NCBI GenBank assembly: GCA_963728565.1 | Contig: CAVSLC010000013.1 | Span: 160,001 to 224,000 of the forward strand | Length of the DNA stretch: 64,000 bases | Direction: 5' to 3' | From: an uncultured delta proteobacterium | Lineage (GTDB): Bacteria; Desulfobacterota; Binatia; UBA9968 | Part shown: piece after piece, positions 61,809 through 64,000 of the stretch | Numbering within the stretch: the stretch's first letter is position 1 | How the letters are laid out: each line of letters opens with the position of its first letter | Program-made: the position numbers and the translations under genes | Notes under the pieces: generated by a model | The model's database searches: none | What the model was told of the DNA's origin: nothing | Seen by the model: only the letters and a program-made list of their open reading frames with translations

Positions 61809-62725
61809 TGAGACAAACGATGAATCTCCAAGGGCGTATCGCCCGCAACAAAACGGTTGATCGCCTCTTCGTCCTGTTCGGAGTATTCGCCACTTTCGTT
61901 GGCCTGCTTACTTTGGCGGCGCTTCTGGCGGACCTCGCCATAGATGGGATAGGCAGGCTTAGTTGGGAATTCTTCACGTCCTTTCCTTCGCGTTTTGCCT
62001 CCCGGGCCGGCATCCTTTCCGCCTGGGTCGGCACGATATTAGTCATGATCGTCACCGCGTTTACGGCCGTTCCTTTGGGAGTGGCTGCGGGAATCTACCT
62101 CGAAGAGTATGCGCCCAAGAACTGGCTCACTGCCATAATCGAGATCAATATCGCCAATCTCGCCGGAGTTCCGTCGATCGTATACGGCCTAATGGCTTTG
62201 GGCCTGTTCGTCTACCAGCTTCGCCTCGGACATAGCATCTTAACTGCCGGCCTAACTTTGGCATTGTTGATTCTACCGATCGTGATCGTTGCCACACGCG
62301 AGGCCATCAGGGCGGTGCCGGGGACTATCCGCGAAGCGGCCCTAGCCCTTGGGGCAACCAAGTGGCAAACGGTTAAGGACCATGTTGTTCCCTACTCTAC
62401 CGGGGGGATTTTGACCGGCGTGATTATCGCCTTGTCTCGCGCGATCGGAGAGACCGCCCCGCTCATCACCATCGGTGCCCTGACATTTATCGCGTTTCTT
62501 CCGGGTGCTCCCATCAAAGCTGAATTTCCGTTTATCTCTCTCGAATGGCTGATGTCGCCTTTTACCGTGATGCCGATACAGATGTTCAACTGGATCTCAC
62601 GCCCCCAAGAAGAGTTTCATTTAAATGCCGCCGCCACCGGTCTTGTTCTAATGTTCATGACTCTGATGATGAATGCGGTTGCGATCTATCTGCGTTACCG
62701 CTTCCGCAAGCGTATCAAATGGTGA
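61808..62725 (+). CDS. pstA: phosphate ABC permease
   Basis: NLAGVPSIVYGL, SRAIGETAPL. Confidence 0.95.
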   Translation: MRQTMNLQGRIARNKTVDRLFVLFGVFATFVGLLTLAALLADLAIDGIGRLSWEFFTSFPSRFASRAGILSAWVGTILVMIVTAFTAVPLGVAAGIYLEEYAPKNWLTAIIEINIANLAGVPSIVYGLMALGLFVYQLRLGHSILTAGLTLALLILPIVIVATREAIRAVPGTIREAALALGATKWQTVKDHVVPYSTGGILTGVIIALSRAIGETAPLITIGALTFIAFLPGAPIKAEFPFISLEWLMSPFTVMPIQMFNWISRPQEEFHLNAAATGLVLMFMTLMMNAVAIYLRYRFRKRIKW

Positions 62726-62830
62726 CCGGTACAAGTGTGAAAAACAAGGTGAATGGGGGTACAATGGCTCTGCAGGAACAATCGGCAACATTGAGGACGC
62801 GAGACGCCTGTAGTGAAACGAGACGGAGCG

Positions 62831-63615
62831 ATGCCAAAGATAAGCGTACCTGAAATATCTCCGCCCATCATCCAAATTAAAGATTTGAATTTCTATTATG
62901 GTTCTAAGCATGCCCTAAAATCCGATAACAGTCGATATCTCCGAGAAAAAGGCTACCGCGTTTATCGGCCCTTCGGGGTGTGGTAAAACGACTCTGTTGC
63001 GCTGCTTGAACCGCATGAACGACCTCATTGCCAATGTTCGCGTCACCGGCAGCATCACTCTGGAAGGCAAGGACATTTATGGCTCCTCCACAGACGTCAT
63101 CCAATTGCGCCGGCGAGTCGGCATGATCTTTCAGAAATGGAATCCATTCCCGAAAAGTATCTATGAAAACGTGGTGTACGGGTTACGCATTGTCGGCATC
63201 AACGACCGTCAGCACTTGGATGAAGTGGTTGAGAGCACCTTGAAGCGGGCGGCGCTTTGGGAGGAAGTCAAAGACACGCTTCATAAGAGCGCGGCTGAGC
63301 TCTCGGGCGGGCAGCAACAGCGTCTTTGCATCGCAAGAGCCCTCGCCGTCGAACCCGACGTATTGCTGATGGACGAACCTTGCTCGGCTCTGGATCCTAT
63401 CTCTACAGCGAAGATCGAAGAACTCATTCATGAGCTCAAAGACGCGTTTACCATCGTCATTGTTACCCACAACATGCAACAGGCGGCACGCGTTTCGGAC
63501 CATACGGCGTTCTTTTATCTCGGCGAAGATAATAGAATATGGCGAGACTGGTAAACTTTTTACTAATCCAGATAAACGGCAGACTGAAGACTACATCACC
63601 GGGCGATTCGGATAA
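62831..63615 (+). CDS. pstB: phosphate ABC ATP-binding protein; extra bases near 62924 and 63528 (start uncertain)
   Basis: [55 protein letters not shown] recovered across three frames. Confidence 0.9.
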
Positions 63616-63627
63616 GCGGAGGAGCCA

Positions 63628-64000
63628 ATGCAAACCGCGCATACGGATAAAAGGTATGAGGAAGAGCTTAAGAAACTCCGCGAAGAAATTCTTTACATGG
63701 GAGGATTGGTAGAGGATCAGATACAAAAAGCAGTGAAATCACTCGTCGACCGGGACTCCAACTTGGCCGAAGTGATCATCGAGCGCGATCATGAGGTCAA
63801 CCGCCTGGATGTCAACATTGACGAACTTTGCATCCGTTTGCTCGCGCTTCATCAGCCCGCCGGGCGGGATCTTCGCTTCATTACTACCGGGCTGAAAATC
63901 ACCACAGACCTGGAGCGGATCGGCGATATGGCGGTTAATATTTGCGAGCGGGCGTTAGAGCTCAATCAGGAGCCGCAGTTAAAGCCGTACATCGACATAC
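63628..64000 (+). CDS. phoU: phosphate signalling protein PhoU (runs off the window)
   Basis: RBS GGAGGAG; MQTAHTDKRYEEEL...MGGLVE...HQPAGRDLR...DLERIGD.AVNI. Confidence 0.95.
   Translation, partial: MQTAHTDKRYEEELKKLREEILYMGGLVEDQIQKAVKSLVDRDSNLAEVIIERDHEVNRLDVNIDELCIRLLALHQPAGRDLRFITTGLKITTDLERIGDMAVNICERALELNQEPQLKPYIDI

Overview
Chromosomal window of a moderately GC-rich bacterium. The gene content (many orphan ABC solute-binding proteins, a characteristic 'LFEPD...RLMAAVLEDAI' hypothetical protein, a deltaproteobacterial-style dif) suggests Candidatus Binatia or a related Deltaproteobacteria-like lineage; this is inference. From left to right: tRNA-Glu, tRNA-Lys and tRNA-Arg; an accessory block (heme-oxygenase-like diiron enzyme, cyclase, DHDPS-family lyase, sulfide:quinone oxidoreductase) ending at a XerCD dif site; a MoxR-VWA-miaB operon; purEK, tag, dnaE2, nhaR and pyk; aromatic-catabolism and ABC genes; an extended selenoneine locus (osmoprotectant/EgtU-like ABC, egtD, LysE, secreted FGE-domain protein, GH84 O-GlcNAcase, senA, senB, ampG-like MFS); and a Pho-box-marked phosphate/polyphosphate island (psiE, phoX remnant, ppk2, ppk1, ppx, sixA, CHAD, pstSCAB-phoU). 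Two observations stand out, both involving selenium. (1) The SQR has an in-frame TGA at the position expected for its second catalytic cysteine, followed by a SECIS-like hairpin and an intact SQR C-terminus, making it a candidate selenocysteine SQR. (2) A GH84 N-acetylglucosaminidase lies directly upstream of senAB and is a candidate Se-glycoside hydrolase in selenoneine metabolism. Many single-base indels, mostly insertions, suggest long-read assembly errors, so split genes should be treated with caution.
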